Source: Macrostomum lignano
Lineage: Eukaryota
Direction of reading: 5' to 3'
DNA length: 64,000 bases
Assembly: GCA_002269645.1 (NCBI GenBank)
Contig: NIVC01000594.1
Coordinates: 372,001-436,000 of the forward strand
Positions 36,221 through 49,658 of the stretch are shown in pieces. The notes under the pieces are model-generated. The model was not told the DNA's origin and did no database searches. It saw only the letters and a list, made by a program, of their open reading frames with translations. Position 1 is the first letter of the stretch, and the number at the start of each line of letters is the position of its first letter. The position numbers and the translations under genes were made by a program.

Positions 36221-37735
36221 CTAGTTAGTTAGTCAGTCAGTTAGTTAGTTAGGAGTGTAAAGCGACGCTGACTTTATAATTGACAGTTATGTATACACTG
36301 TCTGAGCCTTCAGGATCTCAGACTCTGCTATTGACTGCTGTGTAAAATCGAACCTTATCCTCAGGCCGAATCGCCACAGCCTCCACATTATTATCGAACT
36401 CAAAGGCCTCAGGCCCGAGGCCGACAGCTGATCTTCTGTAAGCCTCTCGGCAAGTTCGCGTCAGTTCAACACCGATTGAAAGCCACCTCCGTCTGGTCCG
36501 TTCAGAGTCGAGCTGACGACCTCCAGCGGCGCAGCTGGGCGTGGCGTTTGCGGCTAAAGCGAACAGCCCGCCCGCAAAGCACGCCAGATGCTCCATCCGA
36601 TTATCAACAGGTCGACCGTCTTTCAGAGGGGCCAAGTAAAGAAATTTGCCGCTGCCGGTGCTGCGACGAAGCAGGCCGCCGTGCTCAATGGCTCTGGCCG
36701 CGTCCAGGAAAAGACGGCATGACTCAGTGTCTGTGCCGTTCGTGCGGAGCCACTCCTTGATTGATTGGACCGGAGAATGTTGTTGGTATCATTTGAAAAG
36801 TCAGGACGACAAGAGAGAAAAAAGTATTGATGCTATTTTTAGAACAGATGATGTGACGAAAAAGTATTGATGCTATTTTTAGAACATATGAGGTGGCGAA
36901 AAAGTTTTGATGCTATTTTTAGAACAGATAAGGTGACAAGAGAAGTATTGATGCTATTTTTAGAACAGATCGATAGGGTGATGAGCGAAAAATCGATGCT
37001 ATTTGTAGAGAAAATGCCAACCTTAAGCAGATACTCGTAAAACGAATCGCCTAACGAGCCGAGAGAAGCCTCCTGAACAGCCAGTTTATCGGGCCTACCC
37101 GAATGCACAAAATTCGGATAAAGGCCACCATAGGGTCGAGGCGCCATACCGATGGCGTGACGAGCCCGGCGCGCGGCGTCAGCATAGACGCGATCCCCGG
37201 TGAGCTCGCTGAGCAGCGAGAATTCCAGCTGAAGGCTGCCAGCCTCAGCCAGCACTGAGCAGCCGAACGGAGCCCACGGATGGTCGGCGGCCGCGCCAGT
37301 CCGCAGATTGACGAGGGACCTCAGCAGGCCGGACGGCGTGGCGAAGGCGGGCAGCAGCCTGCTGGCAAGGCCCGTCGCCTTTGCAACAAAGCGCCGATCG
37401 CCAGTCAGGAAGTAGGCGGACAAGAGGCCACCAAGAAAGCGGATGTTCATCTCGAACACGGATACGGTTGCGTCCTGAGAGAGTGGGAGTGGCGCACATA
37501 AAATAGTCACGCCATGAATGCGCGCTGCGTGAGAATGTTCGATAACGCTCACAAGTTGATTGCTTGCAGCCAGCTTGATTTATGACTCCGCGAGTGAGCA
37601 GATGAGAACGATTTTCCTACCATGAGGATGACTGAGAAAATGAGTGAATATATTAATATATTAAATCGAAGCCTGAGAATTACAAAAAAGAGATAGATAC
37701 CAAGTACGGACAGACAGGCAGACAGACACACACAC

Positions 37736-37789
<54 letters not shown>

Positions 37790-37798
37790 CGACCGACC

Positions 37799-37830
<32 letters not shown>

Positions 37831-38004
37831 CACAGACCGACCGACCGACAGACAGACAGACACGGACAGACAGACAGATACGGACAGACAGACAGACAGA
37901 CAGACAGACCGACAGCCCGACAGACAGACAGAGACAGACAGACAGACACACAGACAGACCGACAGACAGACAGGCAGACAGACACGGACAGACAGACAGA
38001 CACG

Positions 38005-38042
<38 letters not shown>

Positions 38043-38107
38043 TAGACAGACAGACAGACAAACAGACAGGCAGACAGACAGACAGACACGGACAGACAGG
38101 CAGACAC

Positions 38108-38196
<89 letters not shown>

Positions 38197-39201
38197 TACA
38201 CAGACAGACAGACAGACAGACAGACAGATACACAGACAGACAGACAGACACACAGACAGACAGACACACAGACAGACAGACAGACAGACACACAGACACA
38301 CAGACAGACAGACAGACACACAGACAGACAGACACACAGACAGACAGACAGACACACAGACAGACAGACACACCTGGTCAAAGCTGAGCTCATTCAGGGT
38401 CCACTCAGCCGCAGCGCTGAACTCCTCTGTCAGGCCGGCCATCCACAGCGAGTCCAGCGAGTCGATCGCGCTGGCGCCGAGCCTGGCAGCGCCGCCCAGC
38501 AGATCGGCGTCCCCGGCACCGGGTCCTGCCGGCGCCCCTCCAATCGGGCGCAACTCGTTGGCGCCGCGAGCGTAGCGCCAATAGGCGCGCCAAGCCGAGC
38601 GAAGCATGGCGCGCAAGCGACGGCGCATTGAACGAACTGTGGCGTTGTTCAAATCGGCGCCAGTGTCGGGCCCGGGAGGACTGAGCGCCGCCGATCGAAA
38701 GACTGCCGGATAGCGGGCTGCCGCGAGGAGTCGCGAGAAAGCCGCCTGACTGGTCTGAGGAGGTCCGAAAAAAACCTTTTGTTTAACTGAGACCGACATT
38801 TCAGGATCAACGATTTTGGTTAAAACTTCATTTCAATTGCGATTTTCAACAAGATTTCAGTGCGATTTTCCCACCTGAGCGTTGACTCGCAGTGCTCCAG
38901 CCTCGGCAGCTGCAGACATCAGACGCCGACGCAGCCTCGCCGTCGCCAGCGCCAGCCGGTGGTCGGCCTCAGCCCCGGCAAAGATCGCCGCCCTGTCGCT
39001 CAGTAGATGAGGGTCGGGCTCGATCGGGCCTAGTCCGTGACGGTCGCTGATTTCGCCGGGAAAGTGCAGCCTGCCACCTGGATGCTGGCTGTGCAGCGGC
39101 GCTATGGAGAGGATCAAGGACAGGAGGCTGATGCAGAGCACGGTGACTAGGGCCAGTCTTGACAGCGGGATCGCCTGACGAGATGCTGACGGTAGTCGCA
39201 T
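35063..39201 (-). CDS. MAN1A: Class I alpha-1,2-mannosidase (GH47, Golgi MAN1A-like), ~626 aa; exons 39201-38875, 38754-38374, 37474-37022, 36755-36354, 35380-35063
   Basis: N-terminal type II TM segment. Motifs [67 protein letters not shown] and NTEGHP. All four introns are phase 0, total 1881 nt. Confidence 0.93.
35435..36251. repeat. (TTAG)n/(TCAG)n microsatellite
   Basis: Direct reading; in a mannosidase intron. Confidence 0.96.
37705..38372. repeat. (CAGA)n microsatellite starting at the donor site of a mannosidase intron
   Basis: Direct reading. Confidence 0.95.
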
Positions 39202-40764
39202 TTTTGCACAACCAGCTAGATTTTGCACTAGAACATTTATAAAAACTGTGTTATTTCTCTTACATGTCTACTGACAATAGAAGAGTACAATGCTATAGAA
39301 AATATTTTATAAGCATGTAAGTATGAAAATCATTTAATTGTTTTAATAAAGTACTTAGTTTGTTAGACAAATCAAAATTTTTAGATAATGTTAATAATGC
39401 TAATAATGTTTAAAATGTTATAAATAATGTTTAATACTGTTAATTAGATTAAAAACCTCATCAAAACTTCATTTTCTATTTATTAATCAAAGCTGACTAA
39501 GTAAAAGATGTTGTCAGAAGATGGGTCTAAATTGGAACAAACAATATACAAATGACAATGTTGAAATTTTTGTATGATATACCTGTGGTATAATTTGGAA
39601 CAAAAATGCTCTAGATAATAGTAATTAAACATAGTACATGTAGATAAACTGCAAGGTTGTATTTTATTATAAATAAAACTTTTGTATATAATGGCTGAAG
39701 TGTTAGGCTAAATTAAGTCCTGATATCAATTAGTGACACATCTATTGTGTATTAGTAATTAAACTCATGCATTTAGCTAGTATGTAATATCCCTAATACA
39801 TACTCATTTTTAAATGAAATCTATGTATAAAAATATCATGTATAAACAGATAATTAATTAAAATGCATGTAGTATACATTTTAGCTGTATGCTCACATTA
39901 GGTTTTGGATTGTAATTACTAATTAATGACAAAAGTATTTATGAACAAAATGAACAAATTTTGTACAAAATGGAATATAATTTATTAAACATAAAATATG
40001 AGCAGTATTGTATATTTTCTAGTGCTTTTCAGTTTTTGGAGGATATTTGGTATAATTAGCATGGTTTCTGATATAAAGAACATTTTTTCAAAAGCAAGAC
40101 TTTCAACTTTAGTCTCAAACATGAAAAAAAAGTACCATATTGAAAAAATCATGTTTATTAAGGCCAAAGTTAAATGCTATGAATAATCACAAGATTAGGA
40201 CGAAAACATATCTTCAAAACAAAGAAAGTTTATTAATCTTTCAAAAGAAAATAGTGCCTCCTACCACCATGATACAGCCCACTCGCGCGCAGTTCAGGTC
40301 CGATAGACGGTCGACACGATAAATTTGAAAACGTGCGCGCTACGACTGTACGGCAAACAGCTGGCGCAGTCTTTTATCGTTGTTAACGAAGTTTAAATGC
40401 AAGTACATACATGTGTAAATCAGCTTGTGTGCAATCAGCAATAAAATTGATTAAATGATTTCGTAACCATATCTTCAGCAGGATTTTTTACTCTCTTTTA
40501 AATAAACTTTTAAGTTTTTCTCATAATGGTTCAACTACTTCAAAACGACGCGCCGTCACCGCAAAGACCGATCTGGTAAAACGTGATCGAGCTGCATGCC
40601 TAAGTGTCTTACGACAGCCTGCTACGCGCTGCCTTCAAAATTGGCGATGAGCGACTTACAGTTTTAACTTACTCTCAAGAACCGCTTACTCCATCGCCGC
40701 ATACAAAGGTCAAGTTCTAAAACTGCAGACTGTACTACACTACGTTGCGCCCCCGTCAGCAACT

Positions 40765-40799
40765 CAAGGACTTCTACTAGTCTAGTCTAGAAGTCCTTG
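40765..40799. mobile_element. 35-bp hAT-like micro-element
   Basis: 12-bp perfect TIR CAAGGACTTCTA / TAGAAGTCCTTG with 8-bp direct repeat CAGCAACT at 40757-40764 and 40800-40807. Confidence 0.75.
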
Positions 40800-42048
40800 C
40801 AGCAACTGAAGTTAGAGGTTTACATGCAATGAGCCGTACTGCTCACAATTGGTACCGGAGTTGATGCCGCAGACATTTTTCGGCGTGGGCTGGCACGTTA
40901 CTCGGCGTATCATAGTAAATGTACATATAGTACAACCAAAAAACAAAATTAATTTTGCAGCTTGATAGATAGTGCATGGTGTATCTTCTTAAAATTTGTC
41001 AAGCAAAATTAAATATTTCAAAAGAGTACACAGAAAATTTTGCTAAGAAAAAATCGTGTACTTCTTTTAAAATAGGTAGAACCTATTTGTTAAAGTAATT
41101 GACTATTACAGCAAACTTATTAAATTTAGTATTTTCTACGAACGTCGACTGACCATTTGGCAAGTTTTATAAACCCAAATGCAAGCCAAGCTTGAGCCCA
41201 TGACCGCAATGAGGTATCCTTTTCTGTTTATCCAGTACATGCATTGTATGATTAACTGTCTTTTGGTAGTGAGAGTAATGTCTCGCTATTTTTTTTCAGA
41301 ATCAATTTGCTTAGCTGTGGGTATTTGGTCTAATATTTATGCTTAACAAACAGCCAATGCCAATATAGCATAGGTAATAATGCAATATGTAACTAGGTGT
41401 AATTGCCTTGCAAGCTTGCTGTCTATAAATATTAGTATATTTATTGATTTTAAAAGTCTTTTTAGTCACTTCTGAAAAATTAAGGTTTATTTTACTCCTG
41501 TAGCTGCAGCATTACCATTACATTGTAATCTTACAATCATTGAATCATAGCATGTTTGTATCAATTTTTGTATAACAAACTTATGGTTATTTTATTTTGA
41601 ATTCTATAAAACCTCACTTGATAGATTTGCTACATCACATGAGAACTGAGTACTTTTTATATATAATAAATAATAATATATTTAAATAGTCATTTAGATT
41701 TTAGTCCAAGCTTGTTAGGTCCTTAGGAGTTTTTAAAAAAGTTATATTGTGTATAATGCTAAAATGGCATTAAATCATTTTTTGTATTTCTGTTTTAACT
41801 TTTTTGTTGCTTTTTAAAGAAAATTATAAAATATAAAATAATAAATTACATAATTCTTTTTAAAAATTTAAAAGATTAAATATTAATTATTAATTAATTA
41901 ATTCTAGAATAGAAGAATTTGAATTAAATCTCAAGGGTAGACTCTGAAAATTTTTTGTTGGAAGGGGGGCTAGACCTAGCTATACAATACAAATAAAATT
42001 ACAAGCCAATATTAAAAATAGACTTTGTATAGTTATAGGCCAATATAA

Positions 42049-42600
42049 TCTCTATATACAAAAATCAAAACTCTGTCTGTCTGTGTATATACAATTTTGA
42101 TCGCTATGGACTCCCAAACTGCTCAACCAAATGAAACCAAACTTTACACCCATCCTAAACTTACTATGGATAATGTCTTAAGCTACCTTTAAATTTCCTA
42201 GACTCAAGTCTTCCTTCCTAAAAGTACAAAAAACTGCTCAAAATGCATAATTTTTTCACTAAATCCTCTATAGCGCCGCTCCACTTCTACCGATTCTCTT
42301 CAAATTTGACACAGACAATCATGTAAAATTTTGAATCTTAAAGTTAATCCTAAGCAGTGCTGTGCACTTTCAAAGTTAGGCTCTTTTTTTAGTGTAGCAA
42401 CCACCCCAACCTCTACCCACCTGCCTCTCTTTCCTTATCTGGGCCCAGATGTGTAAAATGGTTTTAAAATTGACTAACTTCAGCTGCCATAAGTTTGCTC
42501 CACATAAAGCAATTGACTTTAAACTTGACACAATTCTTCATTGACTCATTCTCTGTCAAAATTTAAAGTTTCAACTCTGTAATCTAATCAGAACAGAAAC
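42049..42600 (+). mobile_element. Probable non-autonomous Helitron/DINE-like element; right end uncertain
   Basis: Starts A|TCTCTATATAC followed by a short CTGT repeat, with repeated AAACTT(T/G)ACAC / AAATTTGACAC blocks typical of such elements. The 3' CTRR/hairpin was not located. Confidence 0.4.
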
Positions 42601-43239
42601 TGTAAGCATATGAATTTTGTCTGCTTTTTCTGTTGTTTGTGCCACTCACTCACTCATTCCCCCAGAGCCAGGGGTGCCAGACCAAGAGTCAGGCGATAGG
42701 GCTAAATGTACATGGCAACGTACAGTGTTTTGGAATAACTTTATTAATAGCCTTCTCTGCACCCCGAGAGTGGAGAGGCCACGTTTAGCCATGACAGTTA
42801 AGTGAGAAATTCTAACCACTGCCCACTGTATAGCCTATATGCAGTGGATGGCAATGGCAATTGGAAAATCAAGGCAATCCACTAGCTGGATCCAGCATGG
42901 TTTGTAAAAGCAAAAGATTTATGAAATGGCGATGCATTGCAATACAACCTTACTAAATTAGTCACATCATGGAAATTAAAGGTTTCTCTTAAGGGTACTT
43001 TAAAATTTAAATGGCCTCCTAAGAAATGCGTATTTCCTTGGTTGTTAGACTGATGCAGACTGCAGTGGAGCTGAAGATACACAAATTCCTTTCAGGGCTG
43101 CAAATCGGCAAGAAAGATGACGTGATCAAAGCATGAGAACAGCCATGAGAGTACTATGTCCCACAAACTGGCTTTCCAAGCAGGAATGGGCAGACTTTTA
43201 CCTCAAAGGCCAGAAAAGAATCCAGCTTATGGCTGAGGG

Positions 43240-44480
43240 GCAGTTGAGAGTAGAGAGAAGGAATAGACTATTCGAAAAGAGAGGAGAGGTGAGAGAGGGA
43301 ATAAGATAAAAGATAAAAGATAATAGGAGAGATGAGGGAGTGAGGACGATGAGAGGAGAGAGGAGCGAGTAGAGAGGAGAGAGTAGAGGAGCGAGTAGAG
43401 AGGAGAGAGTAGAGGAGCGAGTAGAGAGGAGAGAGGAGAGGAGAGGAGCGAGTAGAGGAGCGATTAGAGGAGCGATTAGAGAGGAGAGAGCAGAGAGTAG
43501 AGGAGCGAGTGGAGAGGAGAGAGTAGAGGAGCGAGTAGAGAGCAGAGAGCTGCAGATGAGAGGAGAGCAGAGAGGAGTTAGTAAAGAGGAGAAAGGAGAG
43601 ATGAGAGAGTAAATGGAAGAGACAAGAGATAAGGTTGTACAGATGAGATAGGTGTAAGGAGAGATGAGAAATGAGAGATGAGAGATAAAGGAGGAGCGTG
43701 GAGAGAGAAGAGACGAGACAAGAGAGGGAGAGAGTATATAGAAGAGGGAAGAGAAGAGAAGAAAGGAGAAAGGAGTGAGGAGACAAAAGAGGTGAAAGAA
43801 AAGAGTACAGAGGACAGAATGAGATAACATATAAGACAGTAAAGATGACAGATGAAAGAGGGGGGATGAGCTGAGAGCAGAGACGAAAATGAACAGACGA
43901 GAGATGGGAGAGTAGAGAGAACAGAGGAGAGATAAGAGAGAAAAGATTACAGAGACGAGAGGAGAGACAAAGGGAGAGAGAAGTGAGTGAGGCGAGAGGA
44001 GAGAATGGAGGGGAGAGAGTAGAGAGGAGAAGAAAGATGGGAGAGGAGAGATAAGAGAGAGGGGGGAAGCAGAGAGAGAGGGGGGAAGCAGAGAGAGAGG
44101 GGGAAGCAGAGAGAGGAGGGAAGCAGAGAGAGGGGGAAGCAGAGAGAGGGGGAAGCAGAGAGAGGAGGGGGAAGCAGAGAGAGGGGGGGGGAAGCAGAGA
44201 GAAATGAAAAGAGATAAAAGAGCAGAAAGAGAAGAGAAAGGAGAGATCAGAGAGCAAATAAAGACGAGAGAGAAGAGAGGTGAAGGAAAAGACGAGAGAA
44301 GAGTGGGAGGAGAGGAAACAGAAAAGAAGAGAAGAAGAGAAGAAGAGATAACAGAGATGAAAAAGAAGAGAAATGAGGGAAGATACGAGAGGAGAGGAGA
44401 GAGAGCAGAGAGGAGAGACGAGGGACGAGAGAGAAGAGAGGAAACAGAAGAGAAGGTAGAAGTTTCAAAGGATCCAAGGG
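43240..44480. repeat. AG-rich low-complexity region
   Basis: Direct reading. Confidence 0.9.
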
Positions 44481-45629
44481 ACGTAGGGAGAGTCAGAGGC
44501 AGAGGCCAGAGTTTGCCAATACATGTTTTAGAGTCAGACAGACATTAACTGCCTATTTAAAGTAAAAGCACCCCAGCCAACAATATCAATGTTTGCCTCA
44601 AATCCTAGTTTTACGCAAATGTACTCCATTTTGTTTACCTCTATCCTACTAACTAATAACAAGTTTTTGTTTGAGTATAGGCTTAGATTTCAGAATACAT
44701 GCAAAAATAGTTCTAGGGATTGGAATTCCCCAGGTTCAAATTCTGCGGGTTTCAACAGCTTGTATAATATAAGAAGTAAAGATAAATAAAAAAGGTGTTT
44801 AAATCAATTGTTGTTTTACTTTTTAAAATTTATTATAATATTCCTTTGCTGTAACTCCTTTCATACAAATGCTCTATTGCAACATAAGGCACAAACTTTG
44901 ACATTTATATACCTTAATACCTTAACTATAAGTATACTTTAGCCTTTACAATGCTTATAAATAAGAACTCTAAAGAGCTCCTAAAGTGCTAACTTGAATT
45001 GTCATTAGTATCAGAATGTAGTTAATGCTATATGAATAATTTATAGTGTTTATTTTAGTAAAGAGATGTATAGATTTTTATTGATTTTAATAATGTTAAG
45101 CATATTTATTTCTTTGTTATATAGACAGCTTGGTCATATAGTGTACCTAATAAAAAGTCTTTGGTATAGTAAGTAATGAAGTTTTTTACTTGGATTATTG
45201 TTATGCAATAAGCTTTAGCCTTCATTTTGATTATATAGGTATATAATCTTTGAGATGTCAACATTAACTTGTATATTTATTAAAGTAGTAAAAATTACAT
45301 TTAAAATTACCTGTATAAGGCAACATTGTTTTAATAGAATCACTAAATGGTGACTATTATTATTGCTATTATTATAATATGCTAATATGCTATTATTAGC
45401 ATATTATTATTGCTATTATTATAACTTTCTATGTCAAGGTTTGAAAGTTTGCTTTTGGTATAAAATCATTATGTTTGATTTATTGTGTAAGTGTGCAGGT
45501 ACTTGAATTACTATAGCATTGTTACTATAGAATAGTGGTTGTAAGTACAGTTATAATAATAAAGTAACAGTAAACATTTTTGAGTCCATATTTGAATGTT
45601 TTGTCTCAAGTTGGCAGTAGCAGGCAAGT

Positions 45630-46822
45630 TCACTGTCTGTCATTCAACTTCTCCAGATCTTCGAATGTTGGACAAATTGTGCACAGAAAATTGGCAAATT
45701 CTGAAATTAAATTTTATTAGTCATGCGCAGTTAGTCTACTGATAGTAACTGCAATTGAGAAAAAAGCCTGTATTTCTTATTCTCACCACCATAGTCCATC
45801 TGGCCGTCTTTGTTCAGGTCGAAAGCATCGAAACACATTTCCGCTTCCTCTTTTGTGAATGGAAAAGCGCCACCTTTTGTTAGAATTGTCTCCATGTCTG
45901 TCTTAGACAGATAGCCGCGATTGTTCCTGTCGAATCTCTAAAAAATCATTCATTTTTATTGATATAATTTTGAACTTTAAGCCAGATCTGTTTAAAACGT
46001 CACTGTGACAATAGTTGCTAAAGAGTCATTGTAAGCTCTTTACTGGAGACTCACCTTGAACGCATCGCCGATCTCCTGGCCAACCTTAGCTGCGTCCTTG
46101 CCGTGTCGCTTGTAGAACTCGATAAATTCACTCAGACTCATCACTCCGTCGCCTGAGAGAGAGAGAGAGAGGAAGAGAGAAAGTTAGTTAAAAGATAGAT
46201 GAGCAAGGAGACAGTTGCTGGCTCATTATCACAGCAGCACGCGTTCACAGCAGCAGCCTTAAGCACAGGGAGTTCAAGACCAAACGGGTCGGTATGTCTG
46301 AGTTGGCACAGACAGAAAAACTTGAGGTTTTATTGTTCCATGAAATGGCTTAGAAAGGCCGTTCCATACAGTTCTGAAAGTGTGCAATAATCTTCTGTGG
46401 TATTCAAAGTCAGTGTATCAAGATGTATCCAAAGTAGCTCGGCTCAGCGATAAATGCGTCCAACTCTCACTCCAAGACCCCTGGTTCGATTCCGTCCTGC
46501 GAGTTGGCGATTTACACTCATGACGACCAACCTTCAAGGTGCAAAGAATCTACATGCCTGGTGATTAGCAAGTCGTCAGGGCGCGCTCGTAGGAGTCAGC
46601 GGAATGGTGTCACTAAAGCCGTTGCACCAGGGTGCTCATAACTCTGATAAATCATCAAATTTATTTCTTGTGCCTTACTATTAATATCGTCGGCGGCCAT
46701 AATGCTTCTGACTTCTTCCTTAGTGACGCACTGGCCAAGCGCGTTGAGCAGTTCCTCCAGTTCGTCCAATTCTAGCGTGCCAGTACCGTCGCGATCGAAG
46801 TAGTCAAACACGGCTTTTAGAC
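45630..46822 (-). CDS. Calmodulin-like protein with 4 EF-hands; exons 46822-46679, 46152-46055, 45937-45787, 45700-45630; first exon not identified
   Basis: EF loops DRDGTGTLELDE, DINSDGVMSLSE, DRNNRGYLSKTD and DLNKDGQMDYGE. Phase-compatible GT/AG; ends LNDRQ*. Confidence 0.9.
46434..46640 (+). mobile_element. Possible second tRNA-derived SINE (diverged)
   Basis: GTAGCTC...GGTTCGATTCC box-like motifs, and a tail (GTCACTAAAG...CCAGGGTGC) resembling the main SINE tail. Confidence 0.4.
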
Positions 46823-47094
46823 CTGCGTGGATTGTTGGTAGGGAACTCGAACGTCTGGCGTATCTAAGGATGAGGTCATGGCTCAGCTGCTGGACTTATA
46901 TTTGCGGTAACTGTGAAATAAGCTGTGAGTTTGACAGCCGTTTGCTTAGGAAGTTTTGCGATCGAAATGTAAGAAATTCGGCTAAGATGCTAAAACATCT
47001 CTCCATGCATTCGTTCGGACTTTCGTCGCTCAATTATGGGAACAGCTACATATTTTCGTAAAGAAATGACCACCTGGAGCAGCTGGAGACAGAT

Positions 47095-47424
47095 TTTTTA
47101 TTAAAGTCAATTAGACTCCACACCCTGGTGAACTTTAAGCGACATTCTGACACCCCTGAGCAGGCACACAAGCGCGCTGATACGTACGCAGTCATAACGC
47201 ACAGGCACACACTCGCACAGAAGTGTACAATGGCCCTAACTTTATTTATCGTTAGGCATGTACACTTCACTGTGCCTTGGGGGTTGGCCCTCAAGGGCGT
47301 TGATTGCACGAGCAGAGCCAAGCCGAGATTCCAATTCAGCCCCAAATCAATGTGACCACTTGGAATCGAGCCTGGGCCGCTGGCATATCAGAGCGCCACA
47401 CTAGACCACTGGGCTACGCCCCCC
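47095..47424 (-). mobile_element. Near full-length tRNA-derived SINE
   Basis: Minus strand begins GGGGCGTAGCCCAGTGGTCTAG (A-box) ... GGCTCGATTCC (B-box), has the shared core, and ends TTTAATAAAAAA. Confidence 0.85.
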
Positions 47425-48437
47425 TGCGGAAGATAGTTCGATATTTAGAGATAATTTCAGCTGAAGTGCTGCACTTACTTTCTGGATCTGCCATGATTAG
47501 AATAGCTAGATCGGCAAATTCTGTTCCTGTTCAACACTGAGAGCAAACGTGGGCGGATAGCTAGGTCCTTTAATGGCTTGCGGCATGGGAGTTTAATTTT
47601 AAATAGAAAACTTGGGGGGGGGGTACGTGGGCCTGGGGGTTAAGAGACGGAGCAGATAGGCTGTTACCTAGGGCGACTTGATAGAGTGAGGCTTGTGGGC
47701 CGGCAGGTGTCTCTATCGCGTAATTCTCTTCCTCTCTCTGGCTCTCCATCCTTGGAAAGTTTTTGGGGACTTTTGGGACCACGCTGGTGAGCATAGTGTC
47801 GCTCTGTTTTGGAGGAGACAAGAGTATCAGGGATAGAAAAGGGAGACATCAGGAGAGGCTGGGCGAAAGAGCAGAGTGGTAATGCACTCCCGCTCATAAT
47901 GTAGTGCACGCATTGTGTTTTTTGTCTGTTGCTTTTCCCAGCTCTCTTCTCTTCATCCGTCCTAAGAACTGATGCTAATGCAGTGCGGAGGCTGGTCGCT
48001 TGAACGTCCGTAAGGAGGTATCGATTTAAAGGCGCAAGTCATTGCAGGCTTGCAACGGAGTCTGGCTGACGCTTCTTGGTAGTACTTCTGTTGTGCATCG
48101 TCGTCATCTGTGATGAAGAATGAATAGTCAATTCTTATGTTTTTGTTTTTGCCTGAGCTGAGCTCAGTCTCCAATTAGCCCATCAGTGCCAGTATGGGCA
48201 GGGTTACGGAGAGTTTGAAAATTCTAGCAGCATGCCTTGCATTGGAACTTTTGATTAAGAAAGTCTATCAGAGGCGATCCTTCCTTGATCAAGAGGAGGT
48301 ATTTCCTTGATCAAATGCAGCAGTTTGAGGACTTAAGTGTTGGGGAGAGTAGGAGCTGAGGTAGGGGGTGGGAGGTGGGGGATAGGATTTGGAAGATGGG
48401 AGAGAGGAGGTGGGAGATGGGAGAGGGGAGATGGATA

Positions 48438-49362
48438 GGGTCTATGTGAATTTAGTAACCGAAATTTAGTAACCGTGAATTTAGTACCGCTTGAATTTAG
48501 TACCGCTCGAATTTAGTACCGCTCAAATTTAGTACCACTTGAATTTAGTACCGCTTGAATTTAGTACCGCTCAAATTTAGTACCACTTGAATTTAGTACC
48601 GCTTGAATTTAGTACCACTTGAATTTAGTACCGCTCAAATTTAGTACCACTTGAATTTAGTACCGCTTGAATTTAGTACCACTTGAATTTAGTACCGCTT
48701 GAATTTAGTACCGCTTGAATTTAGTACCGCTTGAATTTAGTACCGCTTGAATTTAGTACCACTTGAATTTAGTACCGCTTGAATTTAGTACCGCTTGAAT
48801 TTAGTACCGCTTGAATTTAGTACCGCTTGAATTTAGTACCGCTTGAATTTAGTACCACTTGAATTTAGTACCGCTTGAATTTAGTACCGCTTGAATTTAG
48901 TACCACTTGAATTTAGTACCGCTTGAATTTAGTACCACTTGAATTTAGTAACGCAACAAATGGTGCAGCCGAGAGATATTCCTTATGTATTTGTATAATA
49001 TGAAGGAAAGGAAGTGAATATGAAGTGAAGGAAAGTTCTATTGTTCTGCAACTTCACTATATATATTACTATTCATTGTAATATTATGACTTGTATTATT
49101 AACATTGTTGGAATAAAATATCTACAGTTGCGATTCGCCTCCCAGTCTTCAATTCTAAAAAATCTTAAATTTATGCATACAGTAATATTGAAATCTCCCA
49201 TATAAATGATAGGTGCATGATGAAACTTTATATTATAATAATACATATGGGATATCTCTCAGCTGCACCATTGTTGCGTTACTAAATTCAGGCGTTACTA
49301 AATTTGAGCGGTACTAAATTCACGGTTACTAAATTTTTCGGTTACTAAATTCAAGGGCACCC
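48438..49362. mobile_element. Non-autonomous TIR/foldback element with GGGT...ACCC termini; left arm expanded by a 17-bp array (TTGAATTTAGTACCGC-type)
   Basis: The right arm (about 49249-49362) is the reverse complement of the outer and inner parts of the left arm, with an AT-rich spacer between. No clear TSD. Confidence 0.8.
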
Positions 49363-49658
49363 GATGCCAGGACAGGTATGTAGAAAAGGTTCTCCAGGTA
49401 AAAACACTGGGAAAATGAGCCAACAGTTTCGCCTTTGTTTGCTCGAGTGGAACGGCCGTTTAAACTGTGCGGCGCCTCTGCATATGGGTTTCTTACAAAA
49501 TGATCGACAGCAGCTCGGGCGTTTTAAAAGTACAAATCGAAGGTTAAAAATAGCTTGCACATGGATCCCTAGTCTATGGCGTACTTCCAGTCATTAGAAA
49601 AAAGCGCTTGAAGTCTTGAGTGCAGAAGGAAATGCGGATTTAATTAAACTATGCAAGA

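Noticed and set aside
40260-41300. Protein-coding gene upstream of the mannosidase
   Set aside because: GC-richer patches and a possible donor near 41214, but no coherent ORF even after removing the 35-bp insertion
42880-43090. LINE reverse-transcriptase remnant
   Set aside because: Short, stop-interrupted similarity by eye only
47350-47424. tRNA gene
   Set aside because: A and B boxes are present, but the sequence continues into a dispersed SINE body and no complete cloverleaf is evident
46860-48200. First coding exon of the calmodulin-like gene
   Set aside because: Candidates (for example RTDEEKRA near 47950) lack a convincing phase-1 GT donor
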